Assembly: GCA_030265395.1 (NCBI GenBank)
Contig: JARFYF010000012.1
Coordinates: 35,951,277 to 36,015,276 of the forward strand
Length of the DNA: 64,000 nt
Reading direction: 5' to 3'
From: Rhina ancylostomus
Lineage: Eukaryota
In this document: in pieces, positions 47,061 to 59,285 of the stretch
How the letters are laid out: each line of letters opens with the position of its first letter
Position numbering within the stretch: position 1 is the first letter of the stretch
The notes under the pieces: model-generated
Database searches by the model: none
What the model was told of the DNA's origin: nothing
The model's input: only the letters and a program-made list of their open reading frames with translations
Program-made: the position numbers and the translations under genes

Positions 47061-49384
47061 TTCATTTAATTGCAAATTCCTTTGCGAGGCATTGGCTGTC
47101 ATAAATTTGGCAGAAATAAGTACAACCTATGTTAAACTGCTGCTACGATTACAGCACCCACTCAGAAGAATATTCAAGAGAACAATCTTTCCAAGTCTCT
47201 ATTGTCATTGAGGAGAGAGTTGGCAAAGACGATGGGGCCACTATAAAAACAGAAAATACCAAAAATAATCATCAGGTCAGGCAGTATCTGTGGAAAAAGA
47301 AACAAAATTCAACATTTCTCTAGTCTTTGACCTGATACATTAACACTGATTTTCTAACCAAATTTTCAAGATTAACATTGGTGTTTTATGAACTGTTGCT
47401 CATGTGCATCCTTGCCTTTTTGTCTGTCTATTGTGGTCTATCAATAACCAGTCTCCTTTATCAGGAATTTCTTTGAAGAGCCAAATCCATAAATTAATTG
47501 GAGGTATGGAAATTATGATGAGTCTCAAGTGCTGGGAATTAGAATGTTCTCATTTACTTCAATCATCCAAACACGGGTGATAATTTGATGTTTCACACAC
47601 ATCTATGGTAAGCTGGAAATGACGAAGAATCTCCAAAAAGACAAATAATTTTCAAAATTCAGATTTCTTTCTTCCTTTAAGATCTTGTTGAATAAATGTA
47701 ATTCCTCAGTATTTAATCTGGTCTGAAAATAGATGCCAAAAAATGTACTTCATCAAGAATGCTCAGAAATTGGACCATCATGCATATTCTTCTTCTGTGT
47801 GAAGAGCCTGGGCACTTCGGACTATGAGGCATCGGCTGCGTGCCTGCCAATTTGATGTTCATCTAATGGCACAGTGCCATTTCTGTGCTTACCCACAAGA
47901 ACTGGCTGTTTGAAGAGTGACCTTCAAACATGCCTTTCTGACTCATCGCAAAACAAGGAGCAATATCTTCAGCAACTTGGCAAAGAAATACTAATTGAAG
48001 GATTCCCACTGGAACAGTGACACTTTGCCCAAAATCTCTGCCAGACTAATTTTCTGAGCCCCTCTTTTATCAGAAGCAGCACTCACAAAGACAAGCACTT
48101 CAGTGCCAGATGCTGAGTTCACTGGCTCCTTAACTAAGTTTGTAACACTTTATGGCCTGGAGGCCACTCAGTCCACAGGCCCATCACTGACCCTAACCAC
48201 TGCAGATGGGGCTTGTTAACATACAAGATTGCAATGAGTTTTCTCCCTTTCCCCCCCAACTGTATTTTCCCCCACCTCCGTGGCAGCCTTTTGTGCTTCT
48301 GTTGCGTGGCTGTTGTGCAATGTATTGAAGACCTGACTCTCTTCCACACATTCAACACGGCAACAGCACAGCAGTTGCAAGCTCGACAAGTAGCTGCTAT
48401 TGGGAAACAGCAAGTAAAATTTCTTGTGCATGTTTCAGGGTGCGAACAACTTTTAAACCGTATCTTATACAAATTTTCCAATTTTTTTCCAGTCAGCTAA
48501 ATGGGTGTGTCACTATATAGAGCACCAGTTTAGAACACCAGAAGACTAAACTCCAACTTCTGGACAGTAGTTCTGTCCCACATACAAATGAAACTTTGTG
48601 TTTATAATTTCCCTACTGAAGATCTCAAAATATATGTTTATAAATCTACAATGAAATTAGGTCTGGTCCTGATCAAAATGAGGCTAGTGAGTAAATTTCA
48701 TGCACTTGAAGCCACAAACCAAATATTAAACAATGAACAGCTATGCTGCAAGTATTCACCTCTACAGTATTATCTTACATGCTAGATGCATGGTTCTTTC
48801 TGCAGTGTCTGTGAAGTAATATTTGTTCATTATGGCTAAAGCCAACTAATTTTGTGTTGTTCCACGGTGAAATTCTAGAAGTTTAATTATAGAGTCATGG
48901 AGTTGTGCAGCACCAAAACAGACCCTACAGCCCAACTTGACCACACCAACCAAGCTGCCCACTTGAACTAGTCCCACTTGCACACGTTTGGCCCATATCC
49001 CTGTAGAGAGGTATAAATATTCACTTTCTCGATATTATTACATCTGTTATTCCAAGTCCCACTGGATGCATTTCTTTTTTTGACCTATGTTTTTAAAAGA
49101 TCTGTTCCTGCTGATAAAGCACTTCAGAGAAAATTTCTTTTAAGACCTGTCCCTCATCATTTTTTTTTAAAAACATCTGTTGCCAGGGTTTTCTTCTTAA
49201 AAAAATTCCTTTCTACATGCACTTACTTTTAACAAGCCTGTTCTCTCACATCCTCGTTTCCCTTTCACAAATTCCTTTGGTCCACTTTCCTGTCATTTCT
49301 TATTCTTTTCTATCTATTTTCAATTCTCATTTTCTTTGGCTTGTTTCTCCTGACACCAAACAATTTTTTTTTAAATTTGGAGCA

Positions 49385-51620
49385 AAACTGCAAATGCTGT
49401 ATATCTGAACAAAAACAAAATGCTGGAAGCACTTAACAGGTCAAGCAGATGATCAGTGGGGAGAAGAAGTCTATGGTTCAGGTCAGGACTTTTCATCAAA
49501 ACTGGAAAAATGTTGAGCACTGCAGAGAGCAGCAACGGTGGAGAGAAAAGGGAATTTATGAGAATGGAGGTAGCCCAAAATTATCAAGGTAACAATTAAT
49601 TTAAACATTGACAGCAACAAAAAAAAATAAAAAATGTATAGCTGCTTCAGTGGAAAGAAACAAAAGGGTTATCTGAAATTGTTAAATTCAGTAGGTCCTG
49701 AGGCTACAATGTGTCCAATGGAAGAGATGTTGTTACTCAAATGTATATTGGACAGCACTGGGGCAATGTAGGAGGCCAAAAGACAAGTGAGATCAGAGGG
49801 GGAGTGGGTTAAAGAATTAAACTGTCAGATCACCGTAATCTTAGGGACACCATGAAAGGATCAGGGTTGAGAGCTTCAAGTTCCCAGGAGTAAAAACATC
49901 ACCAATAGCTTGTCCTAGTTGAACCATATAAACACCACAAGCCAAGAAAGTGCTCTAGTACATCTACTTCCGCAGGACACTAAAGAAATTTGGTACATTC
50001 CTGTCAATCCTCTCCAATTTTTAGTTGATGTACCATAGAAAGCATCCTATCTGGATGCACCACAGTTTGGTACGGCAACTGCTCTGCCTGTGGCTGCAAG
50101 AAACTGCAGAGAGTCATGAACACAGCTCAGCACATCATGGAAACCAGCCTCCCCTCCTTGGACTCTGTCTATACTTCTCGCTGCCTTGGTAAAGCAGCCA
50201 GCATAATCAAAGACCCCACCCAACCTGCACACACTCTCTTCTCCCCTCTCCTATTGGGCAGAAGATACAAAAGCCTGAAAGCATGTACCACCAAACTCAA
50301 GGACAGCTTCTATCCCACTGTTACAAGACTACTGAACTGTTCCCTAGTACGACAAAATGGACGCTTGACCTCATAATCTACCTCATTATGACCTTGCACC
50401 TTATTGTCTACCTACACTGCACTTTTCCTGCAGCTGTTAAACTTTATTCTGCATTCTGTTATTGCTTTACCTTTTACTACCTCAATACACGGTGTAATGA
50501 ATTGATCTGTACAAACAATACGCAAAACAAGTTTTTCCACTGGATCTTGGTACATGTGACAATAATAAATCAATTCCAATACCAATTCCCTTGCAGACTG
50601 AATGAAGGTGTTCTGCAAAGTGGTCATCCAATCTGTGTTTAGTCTCCTCCACTACAGAAGAGACTACATTGTGAGTACACAATGCAAATGAAAGGCAAAT
50701 AAATTGCTGCTTTATCTGAAATGACCGTTTGGATCCCTGGATGGTGGGAAGGGAAGAGGTAAAAGGGCAGGTACTGTGATTGGAGGGAAATTGTGAAGAA
50801 GGAATTGATTGATAGTGATGATGGAGTCGCCAGGTAGTCAGGGAAGGGACGGTCCATCTGGATTGCTGAAGGAGGCAGAAAAAGTAAAGTGTGTCTGGTG
50901 GATATGGTTCAAGTTATAGTGATCATCCATTGAATGTGGAATCTGGTAGAGTGGAAAGTAAGGACAAGGGATCCCTTTCCTTGGTTTGGCTGGGAGGAGA
51001 GTGGGTGAGAAGTGTGAGAAACAGGAGAAATGATTGGAAGCCCTGTTAACTATGGTAGAGTGGAAGCCCCAGTTTGGGAAAAAAGAATAAATCTTAAAAA
51101 GGCATTGGTGAGGAAGTCTCATCATCAGAGCAGATGTGACAGAGATGGAAAAACTAAAAGAATGGAATGGGAAGAGGTCTAGTCTAGTTATCTGCAGGAG
51201 TCACTGGGTTTACACTGGGTATTGGTAGCAAGCCTGGAATGGAAGAAGTAATGTCAAGAAAGGAAAATGGATCTTGTAAAAATGAAAGCAGGGTAGAAAC
51301 TGGTAGAAAAGATCATGAGATTTTCCAGTTCCATACAAGTGCAGGATGCAGTAACAATACAATCATTAATATAACAAAAATAGAGTTAATGGAGGAAGCC
51401 TGAATAGACCTGAAACAAAGACTGTTTCATCACCAAACAAAAAGACAGGCATATCTTTCCCACAGCTACACCTTTAACTTGGAGAAAGCGAGGAGGGTTG
51501 AAGAAGTTATTCTGTTAGAAGGAAAGCGTTGGTGTAAGGGACAGGTAGAGCCTCTGTTCAAGGAAGAAGTGGAGTTCCCTTAAACCTTTCTGCTATGGGA
51601 TGCATGTAAGGGGCAATTGG
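49385..51620 (-). mobile_element. Penelope-like element (RT to pLTR), decayed, split by Rex1/Babar
   Basis: pLTR end at 49410-49505; ETKHRLDDHFAEHLHSVCK at 50590-50650; antisense RT motifs (atatctttcccacagctacacc, caaacaaaaagacaggcata) at 51430-51475. Confidence 0.8.
49860..50590 (+). mobile_element. Rex1/Babar LINE 3' portion
   Basis: VESFKFPGV; ORF 50116-50376 has ASIIKDPTQPAHTLFSPLLLGRRYKSLKACTTKLKDSFYP; tail aataaatcaattccaataccaatt. Confidence 0.92.
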
Positions 51621-52379
51621 AATCCACAGTTAAAATTCCTAATATTCCACTTTTCATATCAAATTCACATTATTCCACAATCCATTATTTTACTGCTTCC
51701 TCTAGGCCTCAAACACAAGGGGCTTGTTTCTGTGCTGTATGACTCTGACTCTATGATCTTGCTGTAAATCTATTGCCAGCTGTAAACCCCAAGCCGACAA
51801 GCTTTGTAATGGCGACATCACACAAGTTGCAGAAGTGCTTTATCAACATGGACCGCTTTGCTGAGTGTACATCAAGCCATCATCACTTCTGCCCATGCAA
51901 GAAAATGCTGGGTATGCTTACTAACACCGATTCTCACCAAGGCATTTGCCTCATTTTTCCTATTCATCTGTGGTTCTCAGTAAGTCAAAGTGTTACCTCC
52001 CCTGACAATATCTTATTTCGGCTCACTGGGTCTTCAAATGAGAAAGTACAATGGGCTGCTACGTAATAAAAGCATCAATGCTTCTTTCCAAGCTATCAGA
52101 TACATGTCAAAACTTTTGGTCGCAGAATGCCACTTTGATACAAGTGGAACCGAAGATTATGTGCATGATAGAACTGGTGAGAGAAGTACTAAGTCCTCAC
52201 AAAGATATAGAAATAGAAGCAAGCCACATTACCTCCTGAGCCTGCTCCTCAGTTCAATGTCCATTATCCTGCTCTTATTCCTTTGGTGTCCAAAATTCCC
52301 TCCAATGCTCAGTCATTGAGGATATTGAAGACCAAAACTGAAATACGCTGGGCTGGGAATTGCAATTATTTACAGCCCG

Positions 52380-52720
52380 TGTAAGTAAATTTCTCATCTA
52401 TGTCCTAAATGGTCGAACACTATTAGTGACTATGGTCCATAATTCTGACTCTCAAACCGAAAGAATCAGTCTCTCAGAATACGTGGCTCAATGAAATCAC
52501 TTCTCATTCTTTTGAACTTCACTTAGATCAATCTCACTCAAATCAATCATCACTTGACAGATCTTTCACCCTGGGAATCAATCTAGCGAATCCACACTGG
52601 ATCAATTCAAAGACAAGCATATTTTTCATTCAGAATGGAGGTGAACAGTGCACACAAGATTCCAGGTGCAATCACATCAAAGCCTTTAATGGTGTCAGGA
52701 AGACATCCTGACATTTGTTC
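52380..52720 (-). mobile_element. CR1 fragment
   Basis: aaatttctcatctatgtcctaaatgg...aatgaaatcacttctcattcttttgaacttc...ctgggaatcaatctagcgaat...aacagtgcacacaagattccaggtg. Confidence 0.7.
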
Positions 52721-52789
52721 AGCTCCAAGAGTCAGTGCTGGGAATACGGCTCTTACAATATGACTTGAATATTGGAATACAGAGAAAAT

Positions 52790-54600
52790 ATGTAAAATTT
52801 GCCAATGATTCAAATGATACTGTAGGTCTGGCAAAAAGTGAGGAAGAAACCAATTGACTGCAACAGGATTATGGACAGGTGAGCAGAATGGGCAGAGAAA
52901 GTGACAGATGGAATTTAATACAGAGTAGTATGCAGTAATACATTTTTTTTGTCAGGAGGGATGGCAAGACTTAAGGGTACGGTTCTAAACTATGCAGAAA
53001 GTCAGGGACCCATACATCTTTGAAGGTGGCTAGACATATTGAAGTTGTAAGCAACCCATATGGAATCATAAATAGGCACTTGAAAAGGTGTTTAATAAGG
53101 TTCCTCAAGGAAGGCTTATTCAAAAAGTCAGGAGGCATGGGATCCAGGGAAACTTGGCTGTGTGGATTCAGAATTGGCTCACTCATAGAAGACAGCGAGT
53201 GGTGGTAGATGGAGCGTATTCTGCCTGGAGGTCTGTGACCAGGGATCTGTTATGAGACCCCTGCTTTTTGTTATTTTTATAAATGACTTGGATGAGGATG
53301 TGGAAGGGTGGGTTAATAAGTTTGCTGATGATACAAAAGTTGGTGGTCTTGTGGATAGTGTAGAAGGTTGCTGTAGATTACAACAGGACATTGATAGGAT
53401 GCAGAGCGGGGCTGAGGAGCAGTAGATGGAGTTCAACCCGGAAAAGTGTGAAGTGATACACATCGGGAGATCGAATTTGACGGCAGAATACAAGGTTAAT
53501 GGCAGGACTCTTAGCAGTGTGGAAGAAAAGGGGTCTTGGGGTCCACATCCGTTGATCCCTCAAGGTTGCCGTGCAAGTCGATAGGGTTGTTAAGAAGGTG
53601 AATGGAGTGTTGGCCTTTATCAGTTGGGGTATTGAGTTCAAGAGCCACAAGGTAATGTTGCAGCTCTAAAGAACTCTGGTTAGACCACACTTGGAGTATT
53701 GTGTTCAGTTCTGGTCGCCTCATTGTGGAAAGGATGTGGAAGCTTTCGAGAGGATGCAGAGGACATTTACCAGGATGCTGCCTGGATTGGAGAGCATGTC
53801 TTCTGAGGATAGGTTGAGTAAACTAGGGTTTTTCTCTTTGGAGAGGAGGATGAGAGGTGACTTGATAGAGGTGTACAAGGTGATAAGAGGCATAGATCGA
53901 GTACAGTCAGATACCTTTCCCCAGGGCGACAATGGCTAACGCCGGGGGCAAAATTTTAAGGTGATGGGAGAAAGATACAAGGGGGATATCAGGGGTAAGT
54001 TTTTTGTTTATACAGAGTATGGTGGGTGTGTGGAGTGCATTGCCAGCAGATACATTAGAGACATTTAAGAGACTCTTAGATAGACACATGAATGAAAGAG
54101 AAATGAAGGGCTATGTGGGAGGGAAGGGTTAGATGGATCTTAGAGCAGGATAAAATGTCAACAAACATCATGGGCCAAAGGACCTGTAATGTGCTGTAAT
54201 ATTCTATGTTCTAAAGAAGAATGGAGTACACAAGCAGAGATTTTACTGAACCTTTATAAAACTAGAGTATTACATCCAGTTCTGGTCATCACTTTGGGAA
54301 GGATGTGAAGGTGCAGAGTCACCAGAATTGTTCCAGGACTGAGGAATTTTAACTACAAGGTCAGGTTAGAGAGCCTGCAGTGTTCTCCTTGGAGAAAAGG
54401 AGGCTGAGGGTGGGTCTGATAAGGGTGTAGCAAATTTTGATGAGTTTAGATAACATAGACAAAGAAAACCAGTTACTATTAGCTGATGTACAGGGACTTC
54501 AGAAAACAGATTTAATGCTTTGGGTAAAAGCAGCAAGTTCGACACAGAGAACGGAGATAACCTGGGACTTCCTATCTGGAGAGTGGTAGAAAATATGTGG
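52790..54600 (+). mobile_element. Older CR1 RT C-terminus and 3' end, split by a younger CR1
   Basis: KFAND (52795), QMEFNTE (52905). Breaks after cataaatagg (~53076) and resumes gaatggagtacacaagc (54218) with LEYYIQFWS. Confidence 0.75.
53085..54213 (+). mobile_element. CR1 LINE, 5'-truncated younger copy (RT domains to 3' end)
   Basis: FNKVP, FVIFINDLD, NKFADDTKVGG, MEFNPEKCEV, LVRPHLEYCVQFWSP, MRGDLIEVYK; tail gtgctgtaatattctatgttcta. Has a few stops and frameshifts. Confidence 0.95.
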
Positions 54601-55243
54601 TTAATGATTATATCTGGCAAATTTCATACAGCCTTTGTTTGTAACCTGTTTTATACCCCAGTAGCCCCTCTTCCTGTAGAGAGGATCATCTTCTCCAGTT
54701 TGTTGAGGCACCACACTCAAATGAATCCCCCCACCCACAAAATCTTGGCGATCGCTCTATTTCTTGCTGTTTTATCCTAACTGGAAGAGGTGAAGGACAA
54801 GTATGCCAGGTATACTTTATTGTAATTAGCACATAGCACATTCTCTTCATACTGATCAACAAGATACATCTTCATTACCATGTTTCTTGTTGCATCATCA
54901 TAATGGCGTACAGACACAGCTTGTAACTGCAACAACTATATGCTTTGCTTTTGCGGGAAATAAGGACAGCCCTTGCCCCTCACCTAAATATTAAAGAGAT
55001 AAAGTAGGAGAAGGAGATGCAGCAGATAGAGGACCAGGAGAGAAGTATGGAAGGAGAGGAGGAGGATGATATTAATGGAGTTGGATGAATAGTCCCTCGA
55101 GATAGCCACAGACACACCCCACTGAGGCTTGGCCAGATGGGGGCATTGGTTTAGTGCCTAATGGGCCAACGATAGAATAAACTATACTGGTTTAATGACA
55201 GATGGTACCACTAGAAGCCTAGCCTGGACAAGTACCTTATCAA

Positions 55244-55425
55244 CAAAATACCACAGATGGTGGAAAACTGAAATAAAGAGAAAGTGCGAGAAATACTCAG
55301 CAAGTCAACCAGCATCCATTGGGAGAGAAATAAATGGTCACCTAACTTTTTAATGAAGTGTTTCTCTCTCCATACATGATGCCTGATTTGCCAAGTATTT
55401 CTAGAATTTTCTATTTTTATTTCAC
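55244..55425. mobile_element. Fold-back element of two inverted PLE ends inserted in an antisense CR1 fragment
   Basis: Arms 55269-55331 and 55359-55424; tatcaa on both sides (55238-55243, 55426-55431); the host reads LDFQKAFD on the - strand. Confidence 0.8.
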
Positions 55426-55774
55426 TATCAAACGCCTTTTGAAAATCCAAATGAACCACACATGCTGGCTCACACTTATCAACCCCACAAAATTACATCC
55501 TCAAAAAGACTTTTAAAATTGTTGGACATGGTTCCTCTTCAATAACATTATGTTGACTCTGCCTAATTACATTATGATTTCCTGTGTGTCCTGTTAGCAC
55601 ATAATCAATAATGAATTTAGTGTTTTTACTGATGACTGCTATCCTTCGTGTTACATTTGCTACCTTTTGCTGAGTCCATGTCAGGATCCAGGAAATTCTA
55701 TAGGATTATCGTGAATTCACTTATTATATCTGCAGCCCCGTTAAATTTTTTTTAAATTCACTTACAGGACGCAA

Positions 55775-58400
55775 CCATTATTGGCAAGGCCAGCATTTAT
55801 TGCTCATCCTTAACTTGACAAGACGGTGGTGAGCACATGCCTGAGCCACTGCAGTCCATGCAGCCAAGGTTNNNNNNNNNNAGAGTTCGAAAATTCTGAC
55901 AACAATGCTGAAGGACATATTCTAGATGGAGAGGTTGTGGGTTTAGTAAACACTGTTGAAGAAGCCTCAATACATTGCAGTAAAGCATTTTGCAGATGGT
56001 ACACAGTGGTCATACTTGTGGTGACAGATGAATTTTAAGGGCGTAAGATTGGGTGCCAATCAAGCAAAGCTGCTTGTTCCTGGATAGTGCCGAGCCTAGA
56101 GTGTTCCTGGACCTACACTCAACCATATTTCAACCACATTTCTGATTTGTTCCTTATGGATGTTGAAAAGGCTCTGAGATTTCAGGAGCTGAGTCACTTG
56201 TCATGCAACATCTTGTTTCTCATGGATAATCCCCAGGATGCTCCCATTGGAAAACTCTGTGATGGCAATGGCATTGAATATCAAGGGGAAGTGGTTACAC
56301 TTACTCTTGATAAGGATGATCATTACCAGACATTCACATGGCATTAACATTACTTTCCTCTTATTACCCAAGGCATGAATATTACGCCAGTTCTGTTGCA
56401 TGCAGGCTTCAGCAGCTTCATTAGTTGAGGAATTGTGGATGGAACTGAACACTGCAATCATCAATGAACTTCCCCACTTCTAATGGAAGGTAAATTATTG
56501 ATGAAGCTGTTGAGAGGAGTGAGCCTGGGATAATGCCCTGAAAAATTCCACAGCAATAGTCTAAGGCTAGGATGATAGTGTTTCAATGACCACAAAAACC
56601 TTCCTTTTGGCAAAGTATAATTCCAGACATAGTTCCCTCAATTCCTGCTAAATGACTTAAGACTCCATCATGTTAAATGCTGACTTGATGTGACGAGTAC
56701 TCACTTTAACATCTCTGGAATTCAGCTTCTTTGCCCAGATTTGGACCAATGCTGCACTGAGCTCTGGAGTCATGTGATTTTGGTGAAAATCAAGAGTGAG
56801 CAAATCATTGTTGAACAAGTGTCACTTCATAGGACTTTCGGTAACACCAACAATCAGTTTGCTGAGATAAAAACAGAATGCTGGAAACAGTAGGGTAGAC
56901 TGCATCTGTGGAAAGAGAAACAAAGTCAACATTACAGGTTGAAGATCCTTCCAGTAATCGAGACTGTTGGGACGGAAATTAGCCAGATTGGATTTGTCCT
57001 GCCCTTCATGGATGTGAGTGTGAAATTTTCTAGACCGTCAGGGATATGGCAGTGATCTAAAGAACAACTTGGCTAAAGCACTAATTGTGGAGTATGTGTT
57101 CAGCGTTACAATGGGACGTTGTCTAATTGCATCGTCTTAGCTGTATTCAATGTTGTCAGCTATTTCTTGAATTTACGTGGAATTAATCAAATTGGCTGTA
57201 GAAAAACAGGTCAAAATCGATCATCCATTCAGCACATCTGATGGTCAATTTGCAAGTGTTTCACACTTCACTTTGACATGCAAGGGCTAGGCTCCACCAT
57301 CAATGATGATGAAATGTCCTCAAATGTGACAGGACTGAGGAGACTTGATCTGCTCCACTGATTGTGGGATTGCTTAACTTTGTCTATGCCATGCTTTTCA
57401 TTGCTTAACATGTATAACCTTGAGTTATTACTTTACCTTGTTGGTAGTTCATTTTTAACTATGTCTAGTGCCGTGCAATGACCTTTACTATCCTTGATGA
57501 ATAAGATTTGCTTCTGAATTTGACTGTAATAGTAGAAGATACATGCTAGGTTGTGAAGTTACAGATTGCAATGAAATACAAACCTGTGCACCTGATGAGC
57601 CAGAAGCACATCAGCGATATCCTCTTGTTGTGAATGTAAACAATTTAGCTCAATGGCAAGGCCATATAACACAATGGAAGGTGTCCTCAGTGCAAAGACT
57701 AATTTGTCTTTACATGTTATTACAGCCACCAATACTATTACAGGCAGATGCACCTGGAAGAAGTACATGATGAGCTCAAAGACAAGTACATTTATTCCTT
57801 TAACTGTTTCTCTCACCACATGCCATAGACCCAACATGCAACATACATCTTTCAGACATGGTCACTTTGAGTAGTTGTGATGGCACTGAACCACACATAG
57901 CCTTGGGCATTGACAATCTCCTCCCAAAACAAAACCCCGTGCTACTGCTTCTTTCAGATATACTGATTCATCAGATTGGAAAAGGCAGAAGGTGGAAATT
58001 ATCGGATTTCCTTGCCCATCTTTGGCATGATCTCATGGAATTTCATAGGGTCCAGAATATGTCTGAGGATTGCATCCTCTCAATAGAACACCACTATGCT
58101 GCCATCTCTGGTGGCTCTGCTGTGCTGGCAGCACTGGATGTACCTAGGGGTTGTGGAGAAGTCAAGGATCTTACTGTAAGGTATGATCCTGTGAGTACAA
58201 ATGTATCAGACTGCTGCTTAACTAAGTTCTGGGGCAGTTTTCCCAATTTAGAAACTAATCTCCAGATGTCTGAGAAGAGATCCTTGCACTATCGATTATG
58301 CATATTGTGCTTTTGCTCTATTTGAATCCAGGTTGATGCCAACAGCTGTGTCTGGTATTTTTGGTATTTGTTTTTGATACAAGACTGCTAGAATGGAGCA
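55775..58400 (-). mobile_element. Family-B LINE, long decayed copy (APE to 3' tail)
   Basis: Tail ggcaaggccagcatttattgctcatcc at 55782; antisense RT (IIPGLTPLNSFIN) near 56500; APE region at 57800-58300; a small PLE end is inserted at 56860-56950. Confidence 0.8.
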
Positions 58401-59055
58401 GTTTGCTTTATCCTCATTTCCTTTTCCTCCTCCCCAGTTATTTCATCAGGGGACATGACGATTGGTTCAATTCCACTTCTGAAGTAGCTTATGAAGCCAG
58501 TGTGGGTCATGCAGTCGTTGCTTACAAGAGGCGCATCACCCTCACCCTGCAATGCAATCCGTCCTGCCCCAATAATGAAACTTTGCCAGCACTTTTACTT
58601 ACCAATCATCCAATAATGTCAGTAATTGATAACTCACGATACCAGACCCAGATGTACACTCTCTACTCCAAGAGACACCAATCAGTCCCCAACTAGCCCT
58701 GATCATACTTTTGGTTCTCACCACTGATCATCTGCTCCACCAACCAACTCTAGATCGCATCTTTTGAATTCTAACTACCAAAAAGTCCTCAATTAGACTG
58801 CTGACACTCAACCATAGTGCCAATTGGATCTGTGACATTCATTTGTTGGCTCTCTCTCTTCAGAATCACATACTACCTGCAAACCTGTCTGCTTTTTTCT
58901 TTGATCCCTGCAACTGTGCAGCCAGTGCAGGTAAATTTGAGCAGCCTTGGGGCAGACTAAGGCAAGGTGACCATGATCAAAATGGTCATCAATGTATCAG
59001 ACAATGGCTTTTATGCCCACCTTCCCTGCTGCTGATTTTTTTACCAAGTGCTTTC

Positions 59056-59285
59056 ACCACAAAAGAGCTGGTCATTGACTTTAGGAAAGGGGGCAGTGTA
59101 CATGCACCTGTCTACATCAATGGTTCTGAGGTTGAGAGCTTCAAGTTCCTGGGAGTGAACATCAACAACAGCCTCTTCTGGTCAAATCACCTAAATGCCA
59201 TTGCCAAAAAAGCTCACCAGCACCTCTACTTCCTCAGGAGGCTAAAGAAATTCGGTTTGTCCCCTTTGACACTCACCAACTTTTA
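59056..59285 (+). mobile_element. Rex1/Babar LINE fragment, cut by a gap
   Basis: TTKELVIDFRK...VESFKFLGVNI...KKAHQHLYFLRRLKKFGLSPLTLTNF. Confidence 0.92.

Noticed and set aside
51773-52319. Cluster of three + strand ORFs and a possible 84-nt exon at 52093-52176
   Set aside because: No recognisable protein, weak acceptor, and ORF lengths within chance expectation.
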